A stretch of 64,000 nucleotides of DNA, from assembly GCA_027317185.1 (NCBI GenBank), contig DAHVFB010000007.1:1064-65063 (forward strand). Direction: 5' to 3'. The DNA comes from Deltaproteobacteria bacterium (lineage in GTDB: Bacteria; Desulfobacterota; Binatia; Binatales; Binataceae). The notes below the pieces were generated by a model, which made no database searches, was not told where the DNA came from, and saw only the letters and a program-made list of their open reading frames with translations. Made by a program: the position numbers and the translations under genes. Positions 21,216 to 30,339 of the stretch are shown in pieces. The first letter of the stretch is position 1, and each line of letters opens with the position of its first letter.

Positions 21216-22424
21216 ATGGATGGAAGACCGGCGCCGGCTGTTCGGAAAATCGAAACCGCCGACTCGCGTGCGACGTGGTTTAACCGCAACGTCGCGGGTA
21301 TGTGCCTGGCGAGTCTGCTCTCCGATCTGGGACATGAGATGGCAACCTCGATCCTGCCGCTGTTCCTGACCGCGATTGGAGCATCGCCTTCGGCGCTGGG
21401 GATTATTGAGGGCGCGTCGGATGGAGCCGCGACGTTCGCCAAACTGATTGGCGGCAGGATCGCAGACCGCAAGGGCTTGCGCCAAAAGGTTGCAAGTCTC
21501 GGATACCTGGTCACCGGTCTCGCGACAGGATCATTCGCGGCGGCGATGACTTGGTTTGAACTACTGATCGCGCGGACTGTGGGATGGTTTGGCAGGGGGA
21601 CACGCGGGCCGTCGCGCGACAATCTTCTGGTTGATTCGGTACCCCACGCGAAGGTCGGCGCGGCGCTGGGGCTTCACCGAACCGCCGACACTCTGGGAGC
21701 GATCTTGGGGCCGCTGACCGCGATGTTCCTTCTCCATCGAATCGGATTCCGCAACATCTTCCTGCTGAGTCTCGTGCCTGGCGTGTTCGCCGCCGCGGCG
21801 TTCTACTTCCTTGTGCGCGAACCCGATGGCGCAAACTTGGCACAAGCGCCGGAGTTTCGAGGCTGGCACGCGGCGCTGCCCTCCTCCTTCCGGACGTTTC
21901 TCGCGACGATTCTACTGTTTGGAATCGGAGACTTCGCGCACAGCATGCTGGTGCTTCGGGCTGCACAACTGCTCGGATCGACACCCAAGGCAATGAGCAT
22001 CGCGATCGGTTTATACGTCATTCACAACACGGCGCATGCGGCTTTGTCTTATCCGATAGGAGTTACAGGCGACCGCATCGAGCGTCGGCGCCTGCTCGCG
22101 GTTGCTTATGTGATCGCGGCGGTCGCCGCGGCTGGCTTCGCCATCGGACCACACAGCGTAGGTGCGCTGGTGGTGCTCTTCATTCTCGAAGGCGCCGTAA
22201 TGGCTGCTCAGGAAACGCTCGATTCGGCCGTGGCGACAGATCTTCTGCCAGCCGACTCGCGCGGCGCGGGATTCGGCGTAATGAATGCCACAAGCGGCGT
22301 CGGCGACTTCGTGTCGAGCATTGTCGTCGGATTTCTTTGGACTGGCATATCCGGCCATGCCGCATTTGCGTATAGCGCAACCTTGAGCTTGCTGGCCGCG
22401 GCATTGATGACCTGGGGGATCTGA
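21216..22424 (+). CDS. MFS transporter
   Basis: About 12 hydrophobic segments; 'G.IADRKG.R' and 'GDRIERRR' MFS motif A. Confidence 0.92.
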   Translation: MDGRPAPAVRKIETADSRATWFNRNVAGMCLASLLSDLGHEMATSILPLFLTAIGASPSALGIIEGASDGAATFAKLIGGRIADRKGLRQKVASLGYLVTGLATGSFAAAMTWFELLIARTVGWFGRGTRGPSRDNLLVDSVPHAKVGAALGLHRTADTLGAILGPLTAMFLLHRIGFRNIFLLSLVPGVFAAAAFYFLVREPDGANLAQAPEFRGWHAALPSSFRTFLATILLFGIGDFAHSMLVLRAAQLLGSTPKAMSIAIGLYVIHNTAHAALSYPIGVTGDRIERRRLLAVAYVIAAVAAAGFAIGPHSVGALVVLFILEGAVMAAQETLDSAVATDLLPADSRGAGFGVMNATSGVGDFVSSIVVGFLWTGISGHAAFAYSATLSLLAAALMTWGI

Positions 22425-22454
22425 GAGAGAGGCCTGGAACTGGTGATAAGGAGA

Positions 22455-22937
22455 ATGAATTCCTTTTGCTGGAACTGCTTCCAAATGATCGATAGCGACG
22501 ACACGCTGTGCCCCTATTGCGCGCGGCAGCAACACCCGGTACCGGGCGATCTTCGCGAGAAGCTGATTCGAGCGCTTAAGCATCCAATAGGAGAGACACG
22601 AAGACGGGCGTCATTCGTACTTGGAGAGAAGCGAATGAGCGAAGCCGCGACCAACCTTATCGACCTCGTCGAGCACGATCCCGACCTCTATGTGGCCGCT
22701 GAAGCAGTTACGGCGTTGGAAAAAATCGGGACTCCGGACGCGCTGTATGGAATTGAGCGTGCGGCTTCGCACGAATCATTCGTCGTCCGGGAACGTGCCG
22801 TCGAAGCGCTCGTGGCGGCCGGCGGTGAGTGGGCGGATGCAGCGAGCGAAATAGCAGAAAACGACCCCAGTCCGTCGGTCAGAGAAGCCGCGCAAAGCAA
22901 CCCTGCGAAAAAGGACCCCTTGGCTCGCCATCTGTGA
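22455..22937 (+). CDS. Zinc-ribbon + HEAT-repeat protein
   Basis: CWNC...CPYC followed by 'LIRAL.HP....R.RA...LG' repeats; SD TAAGGAG. Confidence 0.8.
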   Translation: MNSFCWNCFQMIDSDDTLCPYCARQQHPVPGDLREKLIRALKHPIGETRRRASFVLGEKRMSEAATNLIDLVEHDPDLYVAAEAVTALEKIGTPDALYGIERAASHESFVVRERAVEALVAAGGEWADAASEIAENDPSPSVREAAQSNPAKKDPLARHL

Positions 22938-23353
22938 ACTATTCGCACACACTACGGCTGTCTATCGTGATGCGCGCAGTTGAGGACGCGGTAATCGAGA
23001 TAGAGCGCGCGCTCGATCCAGCGGCGCAAGCTCCCCGGCGCGTGATGACCGAGTATCAGAACGACCTCCCCGACTCGGCAAGATGTGCGATGCGGGCGAA
23101 GCTCGGGGAGATTCGTGCAGAAATCCAAGATGCGAAGGATTGCTATGATTTGTACGCCGACACTGTTTCTAATCGTCGGCGTCTCTCGACCAAGTTGTCG
23201 ATTCTCGCGATTGATTTGACCGACTGCAGACCAGCGTATATGCGCGGCTACGGGGAGGTGCCGGATGAAGAGCGTCAGCCGCTTGACGAGCGAATGTCAC
23301 GACTGGAGGCGATGGTTAATGCTCTAAACAGAATGCTTACATCGCACGAATGA
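22934..23353 (+). CDS. Small helical hypothetical protein (YMRGYG motif)
   Basis: GTG start overlaps the previous TGA. 'L.DCRPAYMRGYGEVP' resembles, from memory only, a domain found next to or fused to dynamin-family proteins. Confidence 0.65.
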   Translation: MNYSHTLRLSIVMRAVEDAVIEIERALDPAAQAPRRVMTEYQNDLPDSARCAMRAKLGEIRAEIQDAKDCYDLYADTVSNRRRLSTKLSILAIDLTDCRPAYMRGYGEVPDEERQPLDERMSRLEAMVNALNRMLTSHE

Positions 23354-23547
23354 TCGGAATCGCTCACGCCCCCGGAATTGAGGCTCATCGCGTTGGCGCC
23401 CTGGACCCCGCTACGATCGACAGGATTATCGATGCATGAGACATGCACGACGTGACGGTCTTTGATTCGCCAACGCGCAACGAACGTGGACGAACCCTGC
23501 TCAAACCTTCGAGGAGCAGATTCGCGGCTCGAAAGCCGGCCCGCATA

Positions 23548-23601
23548 TGGGCACAATGGCTGCGGCAGTCTGCCAAAGCCCTTGGGCAGAACTTGGGCAG
23601 A
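23548..23601 (+). repeat. Short direct/inverted repeats, candidate integrase arm-type sites
   Basis: CTTGGGCAGA twice in tandem (23581, 23592), TGGGCACA at 23548 and inverted TCTGCCAAA at 23569, ~120-170 nt from the tRNA fragment. Confidence 0.5.
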
Positions 23602-23717
23602 TTTGGCCGAAAAATGGGGCGAAAGTGAACAAAAGGCGGCAAAGCGCAGAAGCTGGAAGAGCGCGAAATCATTGGGTTTCTTTTGGTGGTTTTGGTTTTG
23701 CTTTGTCCGTGTCTTCA

Positions 23718-23745
23718 GTCCGGGTTCGATTCCCGGCCGGGGCAC
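23718..23745 (+). mobile_element. tRNA 3'-end fragment (T-arm + acceptor strand, probably tRNA-Leu); candidate att site closing the island
   Basis: CCGGG-TTCGATT-CCCGG-CCGGGGC-A-C with no D-arm, anticodon arm or 5' acceptor strand upstream. Confidence 0.75.
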
Positions 23746-24013
23746 TCATAGCGCAGAAAATTCTTGAATTACTCGGCCGGTTTCATCGGCCGACGTTCTT
23801 GGAGAAAAATTCTTGGCAACGCTGGGCTTGAGGCTTGCCGCTGAACAATTCCAGCTGTCTACCAATCCGGCGGGATTAATACACCATCGAAGAAAGCTAC
23901 GATATGTCAGCGCCGGAGATCTTCCGGACCAAATGTAGCTGCGTTATAAATCAATCATAGCTGGAAGAAACGGCCGGACCTATTAAGATTCTTTATGTAA
24001 TGGGAGGACTGGT

Positions 24014-24409
24014 TTGAAGCGGACATTGTTAGTCGTTCTGTTGGCGTGTCTGTGCGTCCTATCAGGATGTTTCCAATGGACTGAAGATTCGCAGGGCAAT
24101 CTGCAGTCAGCCGGTCTGCCGGGACTTCCGATTTGGCAATCAAAAGCACCTCCCGCGCCAATGAATCCGACCGATCTTGGCTTTACACCCGAAGAGGCCT
24201 CGAAGCTCGGTGGCGAGGTACTGGTGATGCCGACCGCAAACTCGAAAGGCTTACGCTACAGGTACTACCAGATTGGTCAGAATCATTGTGAAGATGATCT
24301 CAAGAAGATGCTGGCCGATCGCGCCCAGCAGAATATGACTGATCCGGCGCCCTACTGCACGGATAATCCTACGCGACCGACAATGACGGGAAATGCACTC
24401 GTGTTCTGA
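24014..24409 (+). CDS. Hypothetical lipoprotein
   Basis: Signal peptide with lipobox LSGC; SD GGAGG before a TTG start. Confidence 0.75.
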   Translation: MKRTLLVVLLACLCVLSGCFQWTEDSQGNLQSAGLPGLPIWQSKAPPAPMNPTDLGFTPEEASKLGGEVLVMPTANSKGLRYRYYQIGQNHCEDDLKKMLADRAQQNMTDPAPYCTDNPTRPTMTGNALVF

Positions 24410-24490
24410 ATGCGGATTGCGTTAGGAGTCACGTCCAGAACTGACCTTCGCGATCTACCGCCTCAGACTGGCGCACCAGGTCACTAGGAA

Positions 24491-25136
24491 ATGTTCAAGC
24501 GCGCGCAACCGGCACGTCTCCTGGCGGTCAATCAGCCGCCGATGGGACCACGGCTCATGATTCTGGGGCGGAGTGACGTGGTGGTCGGCAACGGTAGCGC
24601 AAGCGCATTGCAAATCGCGGACTCGAGCCTGGCGCATAGTCACGCGGTCATCAGCCGCCGGCGCGGACGTTATGTAGTTTCCAACACTAAATCGGCCGGC
24701 GGCACGTTCGTCAACGACAAGCGGGTGCGCCGCAGCCGAACACTTAAGCATCGTGACTCGATTCGGTTCCGCCATTCGCAGCGGCGACTCTCTTGGTGCC
24801 GCCACGCATGGCGAGGACCCAGCCAAACCCGGATACACCAGCGGCGGTTCGTCGGTCGCCGAGAATAGCCAGTTCGCCTGGGGATGCGGATCGCTGGACC
24901 TGGAGGCGCAAATAAATCAATGGATCGCCGGTCCCTTTCACGAGCATTGCGCGTTCGATTCGCATAGCTATCTCAACCCGGACCGCGATGCACAGGAATA
25001 TGGTCGCTGGACGCTGCGCAGCTCAGGTGCAGTGGTGCTTATACCACGCGAGCCGCTGATTCGAGGTGCGCAGTATTCGGTCTCGATTACCGTGCAAGGA
25101 CATACCTACGCATGGACATTCAGGATTGCCGGTTGA
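24491..25136 (+). pseudogene. Degraded FHA + CAP(SCP)-like gene
   Basis: FHA motifs (GRS...S..HA.I....S.GGTFVN...L...D.I.F) in one frame. CAP-like remnants (HGEDP..PGYT..G...A.NS, W..GPFH) and an Ig-like tail in another frame. Confidence 0.55.
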
Positions 25137-25161
25137 TCGGGCAGGCCCAACGCGCGAACTG

Positions 25162-25386
25162 CTAGCGTCTTTGGTAAAGTCCGCCGCCGATGAGGATAAC
25201 GCCTAAGATTAGTACGCCAGCGCCCAATGCTGGAGGAACCATGTGCGTCGATTTCTCGGTGCTCTGGACTTTAACGGCGCCGAGATTTACCACGTCCCTG
25301 GTATGCGAGGTTGAAAACTCCGGAATCACGAGTCCTAAAATCCCTAACAGCGCGAACAGCGCACCCAGCCATACGATTGATTTCAT
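25162..25386 (-). CDS. Small two-TM membrane protein
   Basis: MKSIVWLG...; two hydrophobic helices around 'RDVVNLG.VKV...EK'. Confidence 0.7.
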   Translation of the reverse strand: MKSIVWLGALFALLGILGLVIPEFSTSHTRDVVNLGAVKVQSTEKSTHMVPPALGAGVLILGVILIGGGLYQRR

Positions 25387-25579
25387 GAGTTTTACCTCTC
25401 GTTCCGGCCTCGGCCGCAAAAGTAATAGCAATTGATTCTACCATCAAGACCGCGAGCGCGATCCAACGACGAAGCGCGAAAAAAAATGGCAACCTCCCGC
25501 TCTTGGGCGGGCTCCGGCGGCGGATCATGCGGGCCGACACTTTGTCGGGTTTTATGCCGACCCGATCGTCTCGAGCGGC

Positions 25580-26257
25580 CTACGGTGAGGCGGTCTTGCG
25601 GATGTCCGAGGCCACGACCTCCGGAGCGATCGACATCCCGTGGTACTGACGCACCATCTGGCCGTTGCTGCCAATCAGGTAGAGCGCGAAGACGTGGGTC
25701 AGTTCGTCCTGCTCGTCTTCGTGCGGAACATTGTAGACGGCGAGCACCCGGTCGACCTGGTCGGGCGGGCCGGTCAGAAACAGCCAGCCGTTGGCGTCGA
25801 CACCCTCTTTCTTCGCATAGGCGAGCAGTTGCGGCGGCCGATCTTCGGCCGGGTCGGTGGTGATCGAGACCATCGTCACCCGCGCAGCGGCATCGCTGCC
25901 GAGATTGTCCGCGACCTGCCGCATCTTGGCGGTCAGCATCTCGCAGACGCCGCGGCACGAGGTGTGGATAAAGCTGACCAGGACGATCTTGCCCTTGAGT
26001 GACGCGAGCGATACCGGATGGCCGTTCTGATCGATCAGCTTCGCCGCCGGCAGCCAATCCCTGGGTTCGCTTGCCCCAGGCGCAGACGGCGTGACCGCCT
26101 CCGCACCGGCCCGCGCCGGCGGCCCGCCGATCGCGATTGCGATTAGCGCTCCCGCGCATACTCGGGCGATCAGTCCCCGCCAGTGACGGCGCCTCGCGAC
26201 GCTGCGTGGTGCTGCGCCCTGGAATGCGATCGGCTGGGTCAATGCTGCGCGTGGCAT
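25580..26257 (-). CDS. SCO1/SenC-family copper chaperone
   Basis: 'LIDQNG..V.L..L.GK..LV.F..T.C...C', 'SITTDP..D.P..L..YA', 'W.FLTG', conserved His. Confidence 0.9.
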   Translation of the reverse strand: MPRAALTQPIAFQGAAPRSVARRRHWRGLIARVCAGALIAIAIGGPPARAGAEAVTPSAPGASEPRDWLPAAKLIDQNGHPVSLASLKGKIVLVSFIHTSCRGVCEMLTAKMRQVADNLGSDAAARVTMVSITTDPAEDRPPQLLAYAKKEGVDANGWLFLTGPPDQVDRVLAVYNVPHEDEQDELTHVFALYLIGSNGQMVRQYHGMSIAPEVVASDIRKTASP

Positions 26258-26348
26258 GACTAATCCTCTCACAATTCCGGGGTTCCGACTAACGACGCCC
26301 GTTTCCGCCGATTACCATCGGCGCGATGCTCTGTGCGGGCCACGCCTG

Positions 26349-27917
26349 TTAAAGATTTTTCTTTGCGCATTCGCCGGCAATATAGTCGGCCTGCCGAATC
26401 GCCAGCGTCACGATCGTCAGCGTCGGATTTTCCCCCGCGCTGGTGGTGAATTGGCTGCCATCGGAAATGAACAGGTTCTTCAGATCGTGGGTCTGTCCCC
26501 ACTTGTTGCAGACGCCATCGCGCGGACTTTCGCTCATCCGGCAGGTGCCGAGATTGTGCGTCGACGGATAGGGCGGCGTCTCGATCGTGCGGATCGCGCC
26601 GACCGCGTCGTAGACCGCAGCGCCGCGCTTATAGCCATACGCGCGCATCGCCAGGTCGTTGGGATGATCGTCGTAATGCACGTTCGGAATCGGCAAGCCG
26701 AACTGATCTTTTTCCGTCGGATTGAGCGTGACCGCGTTGCTCTCCTGCGGCATATCCTCGCCGACGATCCACATCCCGGCCATGTTGTTATGCTGATCGA
26801 GCATCCCGGCGTAATCGCGGCCCCACGCGCCGGGATTCAGGAACGCGGCGGTGAACGGCAGCCCCAGCGAGATCGTCTCCATCTCGAAACCGCCGGCGAA
26901 GCCCCGGCTCGTGTCGAGCCCCGATTCGTCCTGAATAATTCCCGCCATCACGGTGCCGCGATACATATGCACGGGCTTTTTGAAAATCGCGAAGACCGAT
27001 CCGGTGGTATGCCGCATGTAGTTCTTGCCAACCTGGCCCGACGAATTGGCCAGCCCCGACGAGTAGGTCGAGGTTGCCGAGTTGAGCAGCAGCCGCGGAC
27101 TTTCGATCGAGTTGCACGCGACGCATACGATTCGCGCCTTCTGCACGTTGTGCTGGCCGTTCGCGTCGGCGTAGAGCACGCCCGTCGCCTTGCCGTTTTT
27201 GTCGGCGAGAATCTGCAGCGCCTGCGATTGCGGCCGCAAGTCGAGCTTGCCGGTCGCTTCGGCCTTGGGAATCTCAGTGTAGAGCGTTGACCATTTCGCG
27301 CCCGACTTGCATCCCTGGAAGCAAAACCCCAACTGCCAGCACGACGATCGATCGTCGCGCGGCCGGCTGTTGATCGCCATCCGCCCGGTATGCACGGTCT
27401 TGTAACCGACCCGCGTCGCCCCGTTGTACATCACCTTGAAGTTATTATTGCCGGGCAGACCGGGAATATCGTTGGTCCGCGTCACCCCCATCTTGTCTTC
27501 GGCCTTGGCATAGTACGGCGCGAGATCCGCAAGCCCGATCGGCCAGTCGAGCAGGTTGGCGCCGGTGATATTCGAGTAGTTAGTCTTCGCCTTGAACTCA
27601 TGCTCTTGCAGGCGCAACGAGGCGCCCGCCCAATGCACCGTGGTGCCGCCGACCGTTTTGCAAATCCACGCCGGCAGGTTCGGAAAATCCTTTGCCACGC
27701 GCCAACTGCCCGAGGTCGTGCGCTTGTCGAGCCACGCCAACTGGTTGAACGCGAACCATTCGTCGTTGTGAAAAGTGGCCGAGGATTGGCGCTGGCCGGC
27801 TTCGAGCAATACTACTTTCAAGCCCTTTTGCGTAAGCTCGTTGGCGAGCGTACCGCCGCCGGCGCCAGAACCGATAATCACCACTACTGAGTCATCGCCT
27901 GAATCAAAGCGCGCCAC
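26349..27917 (-). CDS. GMC-family FAD oxidoreductase
   Basis: IIGSGAGGG, VGGTT.HW, C..LGFCFQGC, GLANSSGQVG.N.M.H, HNLGTCRM, NPTLTI. Confidence 0.93.
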   Translation of the reverse strand: MARFDSGDDSVVVIIGSGAGGGTLANELTQKGLKVVLLEAGQRQSSATFHNDEWFAFNQLAWLDKRTTSGSWRVAKDFPNLPAWICKTVGGTTVHWAGASLRLQEHEFKAKTNYSNITGANLLDWPIGLADLAPYYAKAEDKMGVTRTNDIPGLPGNNNFKVMYNGATRVGYKTVHTGRMAINSRPRDDRSSCWQLGFCFQGCKSGAKWSTLYTEIPKAEATGKLDLRPQSQALQILADKNGKATGVLYADANGQHNVQKARIVCVACNSIESPRLLLNSATSTYSSGLANSSGQVGKNYMRHTTGSVFAIFKKPVHMYRGTVMAGIIQDESGLDTSRGFAGGFEMETISLGLPFTAAFLNPGAWGRDYAGMLDQHNNMAGMWIVGEDMPQESNAVTLNPTEKDQFGLPIPNVHYDDHPNDLAMRAYGYKRGAAVYDAVGAIRTIETPPYPSTHNLGTCRMSESPRDGVCNKWGQTHDLKNLFISDGSQFTTSAGENPTLTIVTLAIRQADYIAGECAKKNL

Positions 27918-27933
27918 TACACAGACCTCCGCG

Positions 27934-28473
27934 TCACGAAGCTTTGGGACTGGCCGAGGCCGGCGGATCCGGCAGCCATTTCAGATCGTTGAAGCCATGA
28001 TGGAGGTAGCCGCCAAACGGATATGACGCTCCTGGATAGCCAAAGCGTTTCCACACGGCGGGATTATTGTAGAGCGATACCAGCTCGATACCGCGGACCT
28101 TCTGAAAGAACGGCGTCGTCTCGATCCGCTTTAGCCCGGCCACCTGCTCGGCGCTCGAGCGCGCGGCGAATTTCTTGGCGCCGCCGGCGTCAAGCTGCGC
28201 GATCCCGTCATGCATCATTTGCGCACTGGCCGGCGTGGCCTGGGCCTCCTGATCGAGATCGTGCACCACCTTGATGTAGTAGCTATCGGCAAGGCGATCG
28301 TGCGGAAAAATCTCCCGCACCATCTTGAGCAGCGTCTCGCCCTCATGCTCGCTGAAGGCCTTCAGTTCGGCAGTCCACGAAGCCGCGAAACTGACCGCCG
28401 CGGCCCCCGATGTGGCAATCGCCACGCCAGCTACCGCGATTGCCCCCTTCTGCAAGAATTCGCGTCGCTTCAT
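27934..28473 (-). CDS. Tat-exported small partner subunit (gluconate 2-dehydrogenase subunit-3-like)
   Basis: Tat motif KRREFLQ; 'FPHD', 'FF..VR......LY....VW..FGYPG'. Confidence 0.85.
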   Translation of the reverse strand: MKRREFLQKGAIAVAGVAIATSGAAAVSFAASWTAELKAFSEHEGETLLKMVREIFPHDRLADSYYIKVVHDLDQEAQATPASAQMMHDGIAQLDAGGAKKFAARSSAEQVAGLKRIETTPFFQKVRGIELVSLYNNPAVWKRFGYPGASYPFGGYLHHGFNDLKWLPDPPASASPKAS

Positions 28474-28611
28474 CTCCGCTGCGTCCTTCCCTGCGCCACA
28501 TCCTTGCCCTGCGCAGGCGCTTCATCGGCCCCGCGGGCCAATGCCCTCATCGTTACGAAATGCCAGTTCGCCGCGAACTGCCTATCGCCGCAAAATGCCG
28601 GCCACCATGCA

Positions 28612-29064
28612 TTACTTACCCAGCTTGCGCACGCGCTCGACCAGCGCGGCGACTACCGCCGGTTCATTTTCGAGGTCCGGATTCGAGGCCATCTCGGCAC
28701 TCAAGCCCACCGCCTTGCCACCCTGGACGATCGCCTGAGCGATGCGCGCGTCGGTCACCGAACGCTGCCATTTGCGGCTGTGGAAATTGACTGGCCGCGG
28801 GTTCAGATTGGCCGCCGCCGGACCGTTGCCGCGACCCTGGTCGCCATGGCACGTGGCGCATCGCGAGGTAAAGATCTCCGCCGCCTGCGCGCGCGCATCC
28901 GCGGTGACCGCGGCCGGCGGCGCGCTATCATGATTATCCGTCGAGGCCGCCTGCGCGAGCATTTGATAGGAATTCGCCGCCCGACTGACTAACGGCGCAG
29001 CGCCCGCCGCGGTCATCGCCATGACTGCGGCGACGAAGCCATAACCGAACCTACGCGCTTTCAT
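28612..29064 (-). CDS. Monoheme cytochrome c
   Basis: Signal peptide; CATCHG..G.G.GP.A..L.P.P; distal Met. Confidence 0.9.
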   Translation of the reverse strand: MKARRFGYGFVAAVMAMTAAGAAPLVSRAANSYQMLAQAASTDNHDSAPPAAVTADARAQAAEIFTSRCATCHGDQGRGNGPAAANLNPRPVNFHSRKWQRSVTDARIAQAIVQGGKAVGLSAEMASNPDLENEPAVVAALVERVRKLGK

Positions 29065-29093
29065 CCGCTACGCGCGCCCTGCCGTCCGCCCGA

Positions 29094-30134
29094 TCAAGGT
29101 ATCAGTACCGCGCGCCCTTTGATCTGGCCGTTCTTAAGATCCTGCAGGGCGGTATTAGCTTCGCTGAGACGGTATTCTCTGGTCGTCAGATTGACTAATC
29201 CGCGATCCGCCAGCGCCATCAGTTCGACCAGGTCTGAGTAGGTACCGACCAGGTTGCCGACGATCGTCTTCTCAGTGACGATCATCTCCATCGTCGCGAT
29301 CTCAACTTTGCCGCCGTAGCCGACGATATAGTAGTAACCGGCGTTGCAGGTCATCTTGAGCCCGTTGGCCACCGCGGCCCCTTCGCCGACAAAATCGATC
29401 ACCGCCTGCGCGCCCGCGCCGCCGGTCAGTGCGAGCACCGCATCGACCTCGTTGCCGTCGGCGCGGACCGTATGCGTCGCGCCGCACTCACGCGCGAGCT
29501 TCAGCGCGGCTTCCGATCGGTCAACCACGATCACATCGGCGGCACACAGCGCCTTGAGCACCTGTATACCTATATGTCCGAGTCCGCCCGCGCCGATCGC
29601 GACCGCACAGTCGCCCGGCAGCAGATGCGCCGCGGCCTTCTTCACCGCATGGTACGCCGTTAGGCCGGCGTCGGCGTAAGGCGCGACGTCCTTGGGTGCG
29701 AGTGTGCGCGGCAGCTTGATCAGTGCGCGCTCGGCGGTCTTGAGCAACTCGGCGTATCCGCCGTTCGAATCGATTCCCGGAAATGCGCCGCCCGCATGCA
29801 TATCGTTGCCGCGCCGCGCCGCCAGCGTCTCGCCATGGCTCAACAGCGGATGACAGATCACCGGGTCGCCGACCTTCACGCCCGTGACGCCCGCGCCGAC
29901 GGCCTCGATCCAGCCGGCGTTTTCGTGGCCCATGATGTACGGCAGTTGGACCGGCACGCGATCGCGCCACAGCCCCTCGATCACGTGGAGGTCGGTGCGG
30001 CATACGCCGGCGCCGCCGACCCGCACGATCACGTCGAACAGGCTCTCGATCTTCGGTTCGGGCACGTCCTTGTAGACCACGAACTCGGGCCGTTCGAGCT
30101 TCAGATCGTACTGGTTTAGAACTGCTGCCTTCAT
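29094..30134 (-). CDS. NAD(P)-dependent Zn alcohol dehydrogenase
   Basis: GVCRTDLH, GHE, ADAGLT.YH, GAGGLG. Confidence 0.93.
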   Translation of the reverse strand: MKAAVLNQYDLKLERPEFVVYKDVPEPKIESLFDVIVRVGGAGVCRTDLHVIEGLWRDRVPVQLPYIMGHENAGWIEAVGAGVTGVKVGDPVICHPLLSHGETLAARRGNDMHAGGAFPGIDSNGGYAELLKTAERALIKLPRTLAPKDVAPYADAGLTAYHAVKKAAAHLLPGDCAVAIGAGGLGHIGIQVLKALCAADVIVVDRSEAALKLARECGATHTVRADGNEVDAVLALTGGAGAQAVIDFVGEGAAVANGLKMTCNAGYYYIVGYGGKVEIATMEMIVTEKTIVGNLVGTYSDLVELMALADRGLVNLTTREYRLSEANTALQDLKNGQIKGRAVLIP

Positions 30135-30159
30135 TTAATTATAACCGCGGCTTCGCAGA

Positions 30160-30300
30160 CTCGCCCGCACCCCATGCCCGCTTCGCCCGATGCGAACTTC
30201 ACTCGCCTACGCGCCATGACCAACCGCGGCTTTGACTGGGATGCGGACGAGTCCGCGAAGTCGCGCTTTAGGTCTCGCCACACCCCATGCCTGACCGCGG
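30160..30300. repeat. Three imperfect ~27-bp direct repeats
   Basis: ctcgcccgcaccccatgcc (30160), ctcgcctacgcgccatgaccaaccgcgg (30202), ctcgccacaccccatgcctgaccgcgg (30274). Confidence 0.45.
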
Positions 30301-30339
30301 TGCACCTGCGTTTCGCTCAATAGCCACTCCGCGCTCGCT

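Noticed and set aside
23670..23750. Complete tRNA gene
   Set aside because: Only the T-arm and 3' acceptor strand are present; the upstream sequence is T-rich and cannot form the cloverleaf.
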